Virus record (IMG/VR): IMGVR_UViG_3300021256_000084
Coordinates: 1 to 64,000 of that record
Origin: a virus
Taxonomy: Duplodnaviria > Caudoviricetes
Reading direction: 5' to 3' (one strand)
Length of the DNA stretch: 64,000 bases
This document shows positions 49,240 through 58,950 of the stretch, in pieces. Numbering within the stretch: the first letter of the stretch is position 1; every line of letters starts with the position of its first letter. The translations under genes were made by a program, and so were the position numbers. The notes below the pieces were generated by a model. That model saw only the letters and a program-made list of their open reading frames with translations, was not told the DNA's origin and did no database searches.

Positions 49240-49808
49240 GCGAGATATTCAACGACCTAAAGGACTTCGGCTTTCAAGTACCCGAACGCTTCTTCTTCAA
49301 AGTGCCAAACGCACGCCAAAGGCTTGCAAAGGGGTTGCAGTATTGGTTGCAGCGCGAGGGAGTGCAGCCGGAATGGCTACCAGAGTACGAACTTGTAGCG
49401 GACTGGCTTTCCGACAACAAAGGGAAAGGGCTGCTGCTTGCAGGAAGCTGTGGACGCGGCAAGACGCTGATAGCAACACGCATCCTGCCCGTGTTCTTTC
49501 ACGAGTTCAAGCGCGTGTATTCCATCTATAACAGCTACGACCTTAACAGCAAGCAGCGCGAGGTTTTCACGTCGCACTTCCTTTGTATTGACGACTTGGG
49601 CGTTGAAAACGAAAGCGTGCAGTACGGAGAGCGTCGCAACGTGTTTGTCGAGCTGATTGACAGCGTGGAAAAGAAAGGAAAGCTGCTGGTAGTGACAACG
49701 AACCTAACGCCCACTGAAATTGAAGAAAAGTACGGCACGCGCACGATTGACAGGCTGTACAGCTGCTGTACGATAGTGGAGTTCAACGGAGCAAGCCTAA
49801 GAAAGTAA
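49224..49808 (+). CDS. DnaC/IstB-like ATPase (helicase loader)
   Basis: GSCGRGKT, LCIDDLG, TTNL and R..DRL motifs. Confidence 0.88.
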   Translation: MAKALSEIFNDLKDFGFQVPERFFFKVPNARQRLAKGLQYWLQREGVQPEWLPEYELVADWLSDNKGKGLLLAGSCGRGKTLIATRILPVFFHEFKRVYSIYNSYDLNSKQREVFTSHFLCIDDLGVENESVQYGERRNVFVELIDSVEKKGKLLVVTTNLTPTEIEEKYGTRTIDRLYSCCTIVEFNGASLRK

Positions 49809-49837
49809 CATACACCTATTATATAAATATAAGTAAT

Positions 49838-51769
49838 ATGGCAAAACAAGTAATCATTCAAAAAATGCAACTGCAAAACTTCAAGAACATTCGCAGCTTG
49901 AACTTGGAGTTTGGCACGCACACGACAACTGTAAGCGGTACGAACGAGCAGGGCAAAAGCACTGTGTACGACGCTTACTTGTGGTGTCTGTTTGGCAACA
50001 CGACGCGCAAGAACGACTGCGTGCAGCCGACGGACAAGGACAACGAGATTGTTCACAAGATTGACACGGAAGTAACCGTCGTGCTGCTTGTGGACGGAAT
50101 GGAAACTGTTCTGCGCCGACGCTTGACGGAAAAGTGGAAAGCAGAGGGAACGGGCGAGGAAAAGTTCATCAGTGCCGCAATGGAACGCTTCTACAACGAC
50201 GTGCCTTGCAGCGTGAAGGAGTTTGAAGCAAAGCTGTCTGCAATCTTCAACCTTAACGGCTGGCTCATGCTTTCCAACATTAAGACGTTCATGCAGCAGA
50301 AAATGGAGGACAGACGGCGCATCCTTGCAAGCATCACGGGCGAGCTTGACACGACGGCACTGCTTGCGGAGTTCCCGCTTGTCAAGGCAGAAGTTGACAA
50401 GGGCAAGACGCTGGAAGAACTGCTGAAACAGACGTTGAGCACGAAGAAGCGTGCGCAAAAGGAAATCGACACGATACCCAAGCAGATTGCAGCACAGGAC
50501 AACTTGCGCGTTGAAGCGGACTTTGCGGCATTGCGCACGCAGAAGCAGGAACTTGACACGCAGATTGCCGACATTGAAAAGCTGTTGCAGGCTGATCCTG
50601 CGGAGCTTGAAGCAGACAAGCGCAACAGAGCGGAGCTGCAAACGCTGGAAACGCAGTTACAGCAGGCACGTAAGAAGTGGCAGGACGAGCACTTTGCCGC
50701 ATTACAAAAGCTGCGTGTGGCAGTTATGAACGCACAAGACACGCTGGGCACTGCTGAAAAACAGCAGCGCAAGTCAGCGGACGCATACAACACGGCACGC
50801 AAGAAGCTTAAGGACTTGCAGCAGCAGTTTGACGAGAAGAAGCAGGCATGGTTTGCAAAGAACGCAGAGGAATTTACGTACACACCCATCACCGTTTGCG
50901 CCTGCTGCGGACAGCCACTTTCAGCGGAAGCACAGCAGCGCATGCAGGACAAGGCCGCTACGCAGTTCAACTCTGACAAAGCAAACGCACTGCAACAGCT
51001 GTACAGCGATAGCGCACAGCTTAAGGAGCAGATAGTGGTGCTTGACAAGCAGGTGAAGCAGTACGAGCAGCAGACGCAGGCAGAGGATGCGAAAGCTGTT
51101 GCGGAAGCAAACGCTGCCATAAAGACGGCAAAGGAAGCTGTTGCAGCAGAGGAACAGCGCACGGTTGACACTGACAACACAGTTGCCGAGATTATAAGCA
51201 AGATTGGCGTGCTGCGTGCATCCATGCAGAAGCCCGGAATGTCCGCTTCGGAGCAGGAGCAGCATGCGAAGCTTAACGAGCTGAAAGCACAGCGCGACGA
51301 CATAGTACGCCAGCTTGCAGGGGAGCAAACAAACGCTAACATCAACAAGGAAAAGGAACGTCTGAACGGTGTCGCACAGCAGCAGTCGCAGATAGTAGCG
51401 GACTGTAACGCAGTGCTGGAGCAGCTGCGCAAATACAACCGCAAGGTGTTGGACGCTACGGAAAGCAAGCTGTCACAGTATTTCAAGCTTGCACGCTGGA
51501 AGTTCTCGGAGCAGAACAAGACCAACGACGACGAGCAGCAGGTGTGTACAGCTGTGTACAACGGCATTGAGTACGACCGCTTGAACAATGCAGGACAAGT
51601 CAACGTCGGTATTGACATCTGCGACGGCATTAAGAAAGCGTTTGACGTGGAGCTGCCGCTGTTCGTGGATAACACGGAAAGCGTGGAGCACGTGCTGGAA
51701 ACGCAGTCACAAATTATCAAGCTGCGCTTTGTACCGGGCGCACAACTGACAGTAGAAAAAGACGTGTAA
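49838..51769 (+). CDS. SMC/Rad50(SbcC)-like ATPase
   Basis: GTNEQGKS Walker A, coiled coil with CACC zinc hook, LFVDNTES. Confidence 0.85.
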   Translation: MAKQVIIQKMQLQNFKNIRSLNLEFGTHTTTVSGTNEQGKSTVYDAYLWCLFGNTTRKNDCVQPTDKDNEIVHKIDTEVTVVLLVDGMETVLRRRLTEKWKAEGTGEEKFISAAMERFYNDVPCSVKEFEAKLSAIFNLNGWLMLSNIKTFMQQKMEDRRRILASITGELDTTALLAEFPLVKAEVDKGKTLEELLKQTLSTKKRAQKEIDTIPKQIAAQDNLRVEADFAALRTQKQELDTQIADIEKLLQADPAELEADKRNRAELQTLETQLQQARKKWQDEHFAALQKLRVAVMNAQDTLGTAEKQQRKSADAYNTARKKLKDLQQQFDEKKQAWFAKNAEEFTYTPITVCACCGQPLSAEAQQRMQDKAATQFNSDKANALQQLYSDSAQLKEQIVVLDKQVKQYEQQTQAEDAKAVAEANAAIKTAKEAVAAEEQRTVDTDNTVAEIISKIGVLRASMQKPGMSASEQEQHAKLNELKAQRDDIVRQLAGEQTNANINKEKERLNGVAQQQSQIVADCNAVLEQLRKYNRKVLDATESKLSQYFKLARWKFSEQNKTNDDEQQVCTAVYNGIEYDRLNNAGQVNVGIDICDGIKKAFDVELPLFVDNTESVEHVLETQSQIIKLRFVPGAQLTVEKDV

Positions 51770-51771
51770 TA

Positions 51772-52548
51772 TTGGACGAAATGGAAGTTTGGAAAGCTGT
51801 TGTAGGTTGGGAAGGACTGTACGAAGTGTCAAGTATGGGTAACGTGCGCTCGTTAGACCGTGACATTCCTTTGAATGGTGGAATAGCCCACAAAAAAGGA
51901 AAGCTGTTGCACACATACAAGCAAAAGAACGGTTATATGTGTACACATTTGTACGGAAACGGAAAGCACGCTACTGTCAGCATACATCAGCTTGTAGCCA
52001 ACGCTTTTATACCAAAACCGAAGGACAAATGTGTAGAAGTAAATCACATCAACTGTATTCGCCACGACAACCGTGTTGAAAATTTGGAATGGCTGACACA
52101 TTTTGAAAACCAGCAAGCTACGCCCAAAAAGCACTACGGTAAAGTAGGCCACGAAAACTACATGGCAGTACATTGTGGAAGCGAACATCATTCCGCACGG
52201 GCTGTTTTACAAATGGATATGCAAGGAAATGTTATTGCTGAACACAAAACGATAACCGCTGCAAGCGTTGCAACAGGTATAGAAGAAAGCCAAATTAGCC
52301 TTTGCGTCCGTGGTGCTCACAAATACTGCAAAGGTTATAAATGGGCGTACAAAGAAAAGGACTGTGTACCTAAAAAGTACAGGAACACGAAGCGCATAGC
52401 ACAGCTTAATGACGAAAAGAAAGTAATCAAAGTTTGGGAACGCGCTTTAGACATTACACGCGAATTGGGCATAAACTTGTCAAGTGTCTATCTTTGCGTA
52501 CAAGGCAAGCGCAAACGCGCTGGAGGTTATTATTGGCAAGAAGTTTAA
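51772..52548 (+). CDS. NUMOD4-HNH-NUMOD1 homing endonuclease
   Basis: WKAVVGWEGLYEVSSMGNVRS, HQLVANAF, VNHINCIRHDNRVENLEW; lower GC than neighbours. Confidence 0.9.
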   Translation: MDEMEVWKAVVGWEGLYEVSSMGNVRSLDRDIPLNGGIAHKKGKLLHTYKQKNGYMCTHLYGNGKHATVSIHQLVANAFIPKPKDKCVEVNHINCIRHDNRVENLEWLTHFENQQATPKKHYGKVGHENYMAVHCGSEHHSARAVLQMDMQGNVIAEHKTITAASVATGIEESQISLCVRGAHKYCKGYKWAYKEKDCVPKKYRNTKRIAQLNDEKKVIKVWERALDITRELGINLSSVYLCVQGKRKRAGGYYWQEV

Positions 52549-52571
52549 CTTTTCAAAAAACAAGTAACGCA

Positions 52572-53375
52572 ATGGAAAACGAAATTACAGTAACGAAGCC
52601 TGCACAGTTGCAGTTCTTCGGCTCGTCAGAAGGTTTCGAGCTCGTACAAAGAATGGCAAAAGTATTTGCTACAAGTTCACTTGTGCCGCCACAGTACCAA
52701 AACAACATGTCTAACTGCATCATCGCAATGGAAATGGCTTCGCGCATCGGGGCGAGCCCACTGCAAGTTATGCAGAACTTGTATCTCGTCCACAACAACC
52801 CCGGCTTCAGTGCAAAGTTCCTTATCGCCTGCATCAACGCAAGCGGCAAGTTCAGCCCGCTTCGCTACGAGTTCAAGGGCAAGGAAAACACGGACGAGTG
52901 GAGCTGCCGCGCCTACGCTGTTGACAAGGAGGGCGAAGTGCTGCACGGAGCATGGGTGTCTATCGCAATGGCAAAGAAAGAGGGCTGGTACAGCAAGCCA
53001 GGCAGCAAGTGGCAGACAATGCCGGAGCTGATGCTTCAGTACCGCGCTGCTGCTTTCTTCCAGCGCACGTATGCACCCGAAATCAGCTTGGGTATGCAGT
53101 CCGCAGAGGAACTTGCGGACGCAGTGGAACTTGTCGATGCACCTGCACAGTCTGCCGTCAGCACTGCTTCGCCCGAAAACATAGCTGCTGAAATGGAGAA
53201 GCAGGACAACGCGAACACGGAGCAGCTGGGTATGGGCGACAATGCGGAAGCAGCACAGCCAGCAGCACCCGAAGCTCCTGCGCCTGCTGCTGCACCCGCC
53301 AGCAACGGCACTGCTGCACCTGTGGGCACTGTCAAGCCGATGGGCGCACAGCCAACACCCGACATGTTCAAGTAA
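52572..53375 (+). CDS. Single-strand annealing recombinase (RecT/Bet-like)
   Basis: LQVMQNL and KWQTMPELMLQYRAAAFF..YAPE motifs; between Rad50-like and MBL nuclease genes. Confidence 0.75.
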   Translation: MENEITVTKPAQLQFFGSSEGFELVQRMAKVFATSSLVPPQYQNNMSNCIIAMEMASRIGASPLQVMQNLYLVHNNPGFSAKFLIACINASGKFSPLRYEFKGKENTDEWSCRAYAVDKEGEVLHGAWVSIAMAKKEGWYSKPGSKWQTMPELMLQYRAAAFFQRTYAPEISLGMQSAEELADAVELVDAPAQSAVSTASPENIAAEMEKQDNANTEQLGMGDNAEAAQPAAPEAPAPAAAPASNGTAAPVGTVKPMGAQPTPDMFK

Positions 53376-53390
53376 TCTTCCTTGCAGCGT

Positions 53391-54116
53391 ATGAAACTGA
53401 CAGTATTAGGCAGCGGCTCGGACGCTAACGGCTACATACTACAGAATGAGAGTGAAGCAATCGTACTGGAGTGCGGTTGCTCACTCGCACGCTGCGAAGA
53501 AGCGTTGGGCTACAACATCAGCAAGGTTGCTGGCTGCTTGATAACGCACGAGCACGGCGATCATGCACGTTTTGCGGCTAAGTATGTGCAACGCATGCCG
53601 CTTTATGCGACAAAGGGCACGCTTGACGCGCTGCGCTTGCAGCAGGGAAGCAACGCTACGGCACTGGAGCTTAAGCGCACAGTGCAGATAGGCAGCTTCA
53701 AGGTTATGCCCTTTGCGACACAGCACGACGCGGCACAACCTTGCGGCTACCTTATCAAGCATCCCGACTTTGGGCTGCTGCTGTTTGCTACGGACACGTT
53801 CTACCTGCGCTACACGTTTGCAGGGCTGAACTACGTCATGCTGGAGTGCAACTATGACAAGCGCATACTTGACGAGAACACGCGCAACGGCGTTGTTCCT
53901 ATGGTTGTACGCGAGCGTGTGCTGCGTAGCCACATGAGCGTCGTTGACTGCATAAAGACGCTCAAAGCAAACGACCTGTCACAAGTACGCGCAATCGTAC
54001 TGCTGCACCTTTCAAGCAGCAACAGCAACGCGGACAACTTCTTGGAGCGCGTCAAGCGCAATACGGGCAAGCATACTGTTGTGGCACAAAAAGGCGTAGA
54101 ACTGGAATTGTTATAG
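53391..54116 (+). CDS. MBL-fold metallo-hydrolase (exonuclease-like)
   Basis: THEHGDH, TQHDA, ATDT and LLHLS motifs. Confidence 0.88.
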   Translation: MKLTVLGSGSDANGYILQNESEAIVLECGCSLARCEEALGYNISKVAGCLITHEHGDHARFAAKYVQRMPLYATKGTLDALRLQQGSNATALELKRTVQIGSFKVMPFATQHDAAQPCGYLIKHPDFGLLLFATDTFYLRYTFAGLNYVMLECNYDKRILDENTRNGVVPMVVRERVLRSHMSVVDCIKTLKANDLSQVRAIVLLHLSSSNSNADNFLERVKRNTGKHTVVAQKGVELELL

Positions 54117-54126
54117 ACAAAAAAGT

Positions 54127-54723
54127 ATGGACTACACATTGAATGTTGATATAGACAGAGAAAACAGCTATGTAAAGCAGGCATACGAAACGGCCTGCAA
54201 GCATGGCTTTCACAACGAGCACCGCAGTGACGCGCACTGGCTGATGCTTGTTATTACAGAAGTGTCGGAAGCAGTGGAAGCCGACCGCAAGCTGCGCTTC
54301 GCACAGCTGGAAATGTTCAAGCGTGAGAGCTGTACGCCACAAGCGGAAGCTCACAAGGAAAAGCATTGGCAGTTCTGCTTCGAGCAGTTTATCAAGGACA
54401 CTGTTGCTGACGAGTTCGCCGACATCTGCATACGCCTTTACGACTTCTTGGGCGTGCTTGGCGGCAAGCTACAGCAGAAGCCTTCCACCGACAGCTTTGT
54501 GCTTTGGCTTGACGTGTACGGGAACTTCACTTTTGCTGAATGCGCGTATGAGCTTTGCACCATGCTTGCAAAAAAAAGAAACAACGTCGAGAGTGCAATC
54601 GCTGCCGCATTGAGCTTTACGCGCTGCTGGGCAAAGCATCTGGGCGTGGATTTGCAGCAGCACATTGAGCTGAAAATGCAGTATAACGCTATGCGTGCTC
54701 CTTTGCACGGAAAACAATACTAA
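54127..54723 (+). CDS. MazG-like NTP pyrophosphohydrolase
   Basis: ITEVSEAVEA, DEFADICIRLYD and IELKMQYN..R...HGK motifs. Confidence 0.75.
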   Translation: MDYTLNVDIDRENSYVKQAYETACKHGFHNEHRSDAHWLMLVITEVSEAVEADRKLRFAQLEMFKRESCTPQAEAHKEKHWQFCFEQFIKDTVADEFADICIRLYDFLGVLGGKLQQKPSTDSFVLWLDVYGNFTFAECAYELCTMLAKKRNNVESAIAAALSFTRCWAKHLGVDLQQHIELKMQYNAMRAPLHGKQY

Positions 54724-54744
54724 ACGTAAAAAGAACAGAGAATT

Positions 54745-55149
54745 ATGATGCAGTATAACGACTTTGTGCAGCTCGTAAGCAGAATGCGCGACGCACAGAA
54801 AGCATATTTTAGAGGACGCACGTCAATGGACTTGTCACGCAGTAAGCAGCTTGAAAAGCAAGTTGACGCAGAGCTTTCACAGTACACAACAGCAAACGGC
54901 AAGCTCGTTGCACAGCCAAGCTTGTTTGACGAGCAGCCAGCACAGCAGCAAGAAAAGCCCTACAAGCCCGTGCTTGTCATGCGCTGCAAGCACTGCAAGG
55001 CAACGTTTCTGATGCACGCGCTCGCCTACCCAATGGACGGAGAGACTGCACAGGCGGTTGCGCGTGCCGTGCAAAGCGGCGACGAAGCGTTTGTTGCCAA
55101 CGCGGACGAAGTACATTTGCAGCAGTGTACTTGCAAACCGCATCCATAA
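54745..55149 (+). CDS. Hypothetical protein
   Basis: MRDAQKAYF..SKQLEKQVD N-terminus; C-terminal CxxC. Confidence 0.7.
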   Translation: MMQYNDFVQLVSRMRDAQKAYFRGRTSMDLSRSKQLEKQVDAELSQYTTANGKLVAQPSLFDEQPAQQQEKPYKPVLVMRCKHCKATFLMHALAYPMDGETAQAVARAVQSGDEAFVANADEVHLQQCTCKPHP

Positions 55150-55263
55150 AGCTGCTGTACAGGCGCAGACGCGACGCACAAGAGCGTTTTGCGCTGCGCC
55201 TGCACACTTTATCGGGCGTGCTTTCAAAAAGCTCTTAAAACGAACATTTAATTACCAAAAGCA

Positions 55264-56418
55264 ATGAATAAAGACGTTGACGGACAAATAGTAGCGTGGA
55301 ATGACGGCAGGACAATAGCCGTGCTGGAAACGGAAAACTGGTTTTACGTAGCACTGAACTACCGGGACAGAGAGGACGAGCAAGACAGACTTTGGGTGCT
55401 TGACCCTGCACCCGCAGGCGAGTACCGCCCTGCAACTTACGACGAGCGCGTGCGCTTCCTTAAGGAGCTGCCGCGTGAGTGCAAGTTTAGGATAGACAAT
55501 CGCGGGCGTGTCGTTGACATCGTTTTCTTGGATATGCTGGAGCAGGACAAGGAAGAAGTGCTTCCACCGCTGCAAAGCAAGCAACCAGAGCAGGAGCAAA
55601 GGCAGCAGCCCGTAAACACTTATGAGCGGCTGGGGCTTGCGTTCCTGCCGTACTTGGATGGCAGCAAGCCTTACGACAAGGACTTTCCAAAGTTCTTTGA
55701 CGAGGACTTCGCGGACTGTAACTACTTGCAGCTCGTAGGGGCTACGATAGGATATTTCAACAAGGCTATTCGCCGCAACGCGCACGCTTTCATTCTAAGC
55801 CAGGAATACGAGCGTAACCTTGTCAATCTTGGCGCACAGCTTGCAAACATTGACTTTTCCGAGCTGATGCGCGACAATATGCAGCACTTGTACAGCGGAC
55901 TGCTTTGCTTAAGCAACGGCAGCGGCTACAACGCGCTGCTATGGAAAACGGAAAAGGACGCTAAGACTATGAGCGCGGTTTTCCTTTTCGACTGCTGCAA
56001 AATAGGAGCAGTTGCAACGTACAATAATAAGGGCAAGCAGGAAACGGTACTTGTCAGCAAGCGTATCGGCAACGCTGAAAGCATAGCATACAGTATGTTC
56101 CGTATGCTGTACTTGTTCCTTTACGCAGAGAAGCACGGCAAGGTGCGCGAAGTGGAGTACGGAGAGGATGCACACACAAAGTGGCTGTCCGTGCGCAACC
56201 TTGCGCCCAACCCTCTTGTGGAGTACCGCAACAGCACGTACTACACGACTATCAGCGTTGACACGCCCTTTGTTATCAGCGGGCATTGGCGCAACCAGTT
56301 CTGCGGGCGCGACAAGGACGGCAACGCCATTCACAAGCGCATCTGGATTGAGGAACACGAGCACAGCGGCTACCACCGCGTTGCAGGTATTCTAAAAGCG
56401 AAAGGAGAGCAGCTATGA
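55264..56418 (+). CDS. Hypothetical protein
   Basis: 384 aa; C-terminal SGHWRNQ...KRIWI motif. Confidence 0.75.
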   Translation: MNKDVDGQIVAWNDGRTIAVLETENWFYVALNYRDREDEQDRLWVLDPAPAGEYRPATYDERVRFLKELPRECKFRIDNRGRVVDIVFLDMLEQDKEEVLPPLQSKQPEQEQRQQPVNTYERLGLAFLPYLDGSKPYDKDFPKFFDEDFADCNYLQLVGATIGYFNKAIRRNAHAFILSQEYERNLVNLGAQLANIDFSELMRDNMQHLYSGLLCLSNGSGYNALLWKTEKDAKTMSAVFLFDCCKIGAVATYNNKGKQETVLVSKRIGNAESIAYSMFRMLYLFLYAEKHGKVREVEYGEDAHTKWLSVRNLAPNPLVEYRNSTYYTTISVDTPFVISGHWRNQFCGRDKDGNAIHKRIWIEEHEHSGYHRVAGILKAKGEQL

Positions 56419-56568
56419 AGCGTGTGCTGATAACTGTGCTGCAAGTGCTGCTGTTCGTTGCCTTGTGCTACGCTGCTGCACGCTGCTCGTCCTACATGGC
56501 AAGCAAATACTGCAAGCCTAAACTATATGCGATATAACTTTTTGTCTAACATATTAAAACTAAAAGCA

Positions 56569-57207
56569 ATGGAAACAGGAATTTTGGAGTTTAACAACAC
56601 TGTCGAGAGTGAAGTAACACGCGGCAAGGTGAAAGTGAATGGTGTTACGCTGAAAACCTACAAAAAGCAGATTGACAGCGCAAACAGCATTGAAGTGGAA
56701 GTCGGCACTACGGGCTACATGGGTGGCGACAGCGGACACGGCGGGCGTACTTACCTGCGCATCAAAGACGTAACAAGTACGGACTTGACGTGTCGCCTGC
56801 CGTCGGGTGCAGAACATCACGGCGGCGTTGAGCTGCTGCTTGGTGGCGACAGCGAGCTTGACACGCTGATTGAAGCACTGCGCTTTGGCGTGGACGTGCT
56901 TTCGGGAGAGTACGAGCGTAGGCAGCAGATGCAGCTTACGGGCAAGCAGAAGCGCGAGCAGCGTTTCTTCGAGTATCTCAATGACGTTGTGCGCCTGTAC
57001 CACAACACGGGCAAGCTTAAGGACATCAGCAAGCTTCAGAAGAAGCACAACGTTTCCTCTATTTCGCAACAGCTGTTTTTTGAAATCGGGCTGCACAAGA
57101 CCCCAAACAGCGAGGACTTCACGCTGCCAAAGGAGTTTTGCGACACTGTGTATAACTACATACTCAACCCGACGAAGTGTGACAAGAAACCGCAGTACGA
57201 AGCATGA
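56569..57207 (+). CDS. Hypothetical protein
   Basis: TTGYMGGDSGHGGRTY motif. Confidence 0.7.
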   Translation: METGILEFNNTVESEVTRGKVKVNGVTLKTYKKQIDSANSIEVEVGTTGYMGGDSGHGGRTYLRIKDVTSTDLTCRLPSGAEHHGGVELLLGGDSELDTLIEALRFGVDVLSGEYERRQQMQLTGKQKREQRFFEYLNDVVRLYHNTGKLKDISKLQKKHNVSSISQQLFFEIGLHKTPNSEDFTLPKEFCDTVYNYILNPTKCDKKPQYEA

Positions 57208-57226
57208 CTGTTTCGATTTTGAGCAA

Positions 57227-58413
57227 ATGCAGTTTGGCGATGCTGTCCGCGTAAAGCGCAACGGCACTGCCAAGCTGCTGCGTGTCTGCGGCAAGCGTAA
57301 CGGCTTCCTTATTGCCAGCGACGGCAGTGAATATGAGCTGGACGAGTGTGAGCCTATCCTGCTGACCGATACGGACGCGCTGCTTAAGCTGGGCTTTCGC
57401 AAGCAATATGGGTTGTTTGATCCTAACGGCTGCTATTGCTTCGGCTGGCTTGACATCTATTCAGACCACATCTGTATATGGATGGAGCAGTGTGGAGTGC
57501 AACAGCGGGGCGTTCACGGCTACAAGTACCTGCATCAGGCACAGCAAAAATTTCGGGAGTTACACAACGTAGAATTAAAATTCAAGTACGACAAATAAAT
57601 GTTAGAAGGTTATAGGAAAGGGTATGCAGTAATGACACCCGATTTTGAAGGCATCGGTTTTGAGGACGAAAGCCTTGAAAAATGCAAGGAATACTGCTAT
57701 AACGGTCACGTTATTGTAGAAGCAATCCCAAAGAAATACGGCGTAAACATTGAAATCAAGTGGTACAAGCCTTATAGGTGGGTAGAGTTCTGCATGAGAA
57801 GACGCGAGTTCAATGTGCTGTGGCTGCACGTAAGATGGTGGCATGTATATCGGCACAAGTACGGGCGTGAAGTTCTTTACACAGGTGGTAAGTACGGAAG
57901 CAGGAAAGGAGGGTTTATTGATTGAATGAATAAACAGATTCGCAAGGATTTAAGTATGCTATACAGTGTGTATAAAAACGTCTGCAAGCAGCGTAATGAG
58001 CAGCCGATTTGCTTTAGCAAATGGGTAAAAAAGAACTTTATTTTTGCACAGTATTTATGAGTAAGCACAAAAAACAAGTACGACAAGAAGCCGTCAAAGT
58101 GCTGCAAAGGCACTTGAACTATTTCTATAAGCTGGGCTATAAGCAGTTTATGGCAAGTGTTTCCACGTTCAACTTTATTGCAATATGGCTTACAGCAAAG
58201 GACAGTGAAGGCAGGGACATCTACCTGACATTACGCATTGACTTGGACGCACAAGACTTGGAGTTTGAAACGGTGCTGAAGCTTGACAAGCGCGTATGCG
58301 TCAACCGCACGCTAAAGGGTTTTGATTTGAAGGACAGCAGCGGTCAGCAGATGCAACTGCTGTACACGCGCACGCTTAAGGAAAAACGAATATTGATAGG
58401 CTATGCACGGTGA
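57227..58413 (+). CDS. Three hypothetical genes (57227-57598, 57599-57925, 58057-58413)
   Basis: ORF track with starts adjusted manually. Confidence 0.55.
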
Positions 58414-58636
58414 TATGTCACGGATGGACTTGCCGCTGCTTCTGTCTATCGCATTCGTGTATGCGCTTGGGTGGGCTGATACGGACAAGGCTACATTTGC
58501 ACTCTTATGGGTAACAACCTGCAAAGTATGCGCTGCTGCCAACAAGTTTTTAGAGCAAAAATAAGCGAAACTAAGCGGAAATAAATGTAAATATCAAGCA
58601 GAATTGGCTAAAATTGCTTAATTCTGCTTATTTTCA

Positions 58637-58728
58637 TATAGTATTTATTAGGTTTTTACAACTTTTCTTGGTAACTTTGCCAATGCAAACGACAAACAAC
58701 AGTTTAACTTTTAATAGAAACGACAATG
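58637..58728 (+). promoter_or_regulatory. Promoter/leader cassette 4
   Basis: TTAGGTTT 58648-58655, N16, TAACTTTG 58672-58679; leader nearly identical to cassette 1. Confidence 0.82.
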
Positions 58729-58935
58729 ACAACGTACACAGCAACATTCAACAGGCAAGTGTTTCCTTGGAGCACACCCTACAAAACAACGCGCGAGATT
58801 AAGGCTGCTGACAAGTGGCAGGCAATGGAAATCGCAGAGCAGATTGCAGTCGAAAACACGCACGAGTTTGACGTGCAGGGCGGCGGCAAAAGCTTTGTTG
58901 GAAAGATGCAAGTATTAACAGTAGAAGCAAACTAA
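58726..58935 (+). CDS. Hypothetical protein
   Basis: Starts at ACGACAATG. Confidence 0.65.
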   Translation: MTTYTATFNRQVFPWSTPYKTTREIKAADKWQAMEIAEQIAVENTHEFDVQGGGKSFVGKMQVLTVEAN

Positions 58936-58950
58936 TAGGAGGCACGAGCA

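Noticed and set aside
49535-51720. Long minus-strand ORFs opposite the Rad50-like gene
   Set aside because: Ser/Cys/Ala-rich antisense shadows of a coiled-coil gene
57204-57254. Possible 1-nt deletion separating ATG 57204 from ORF 57227-57598
   Set aside because: Only a few N-terminal residues are affected and an in-frame ATG exists; cannot be told from a normal start
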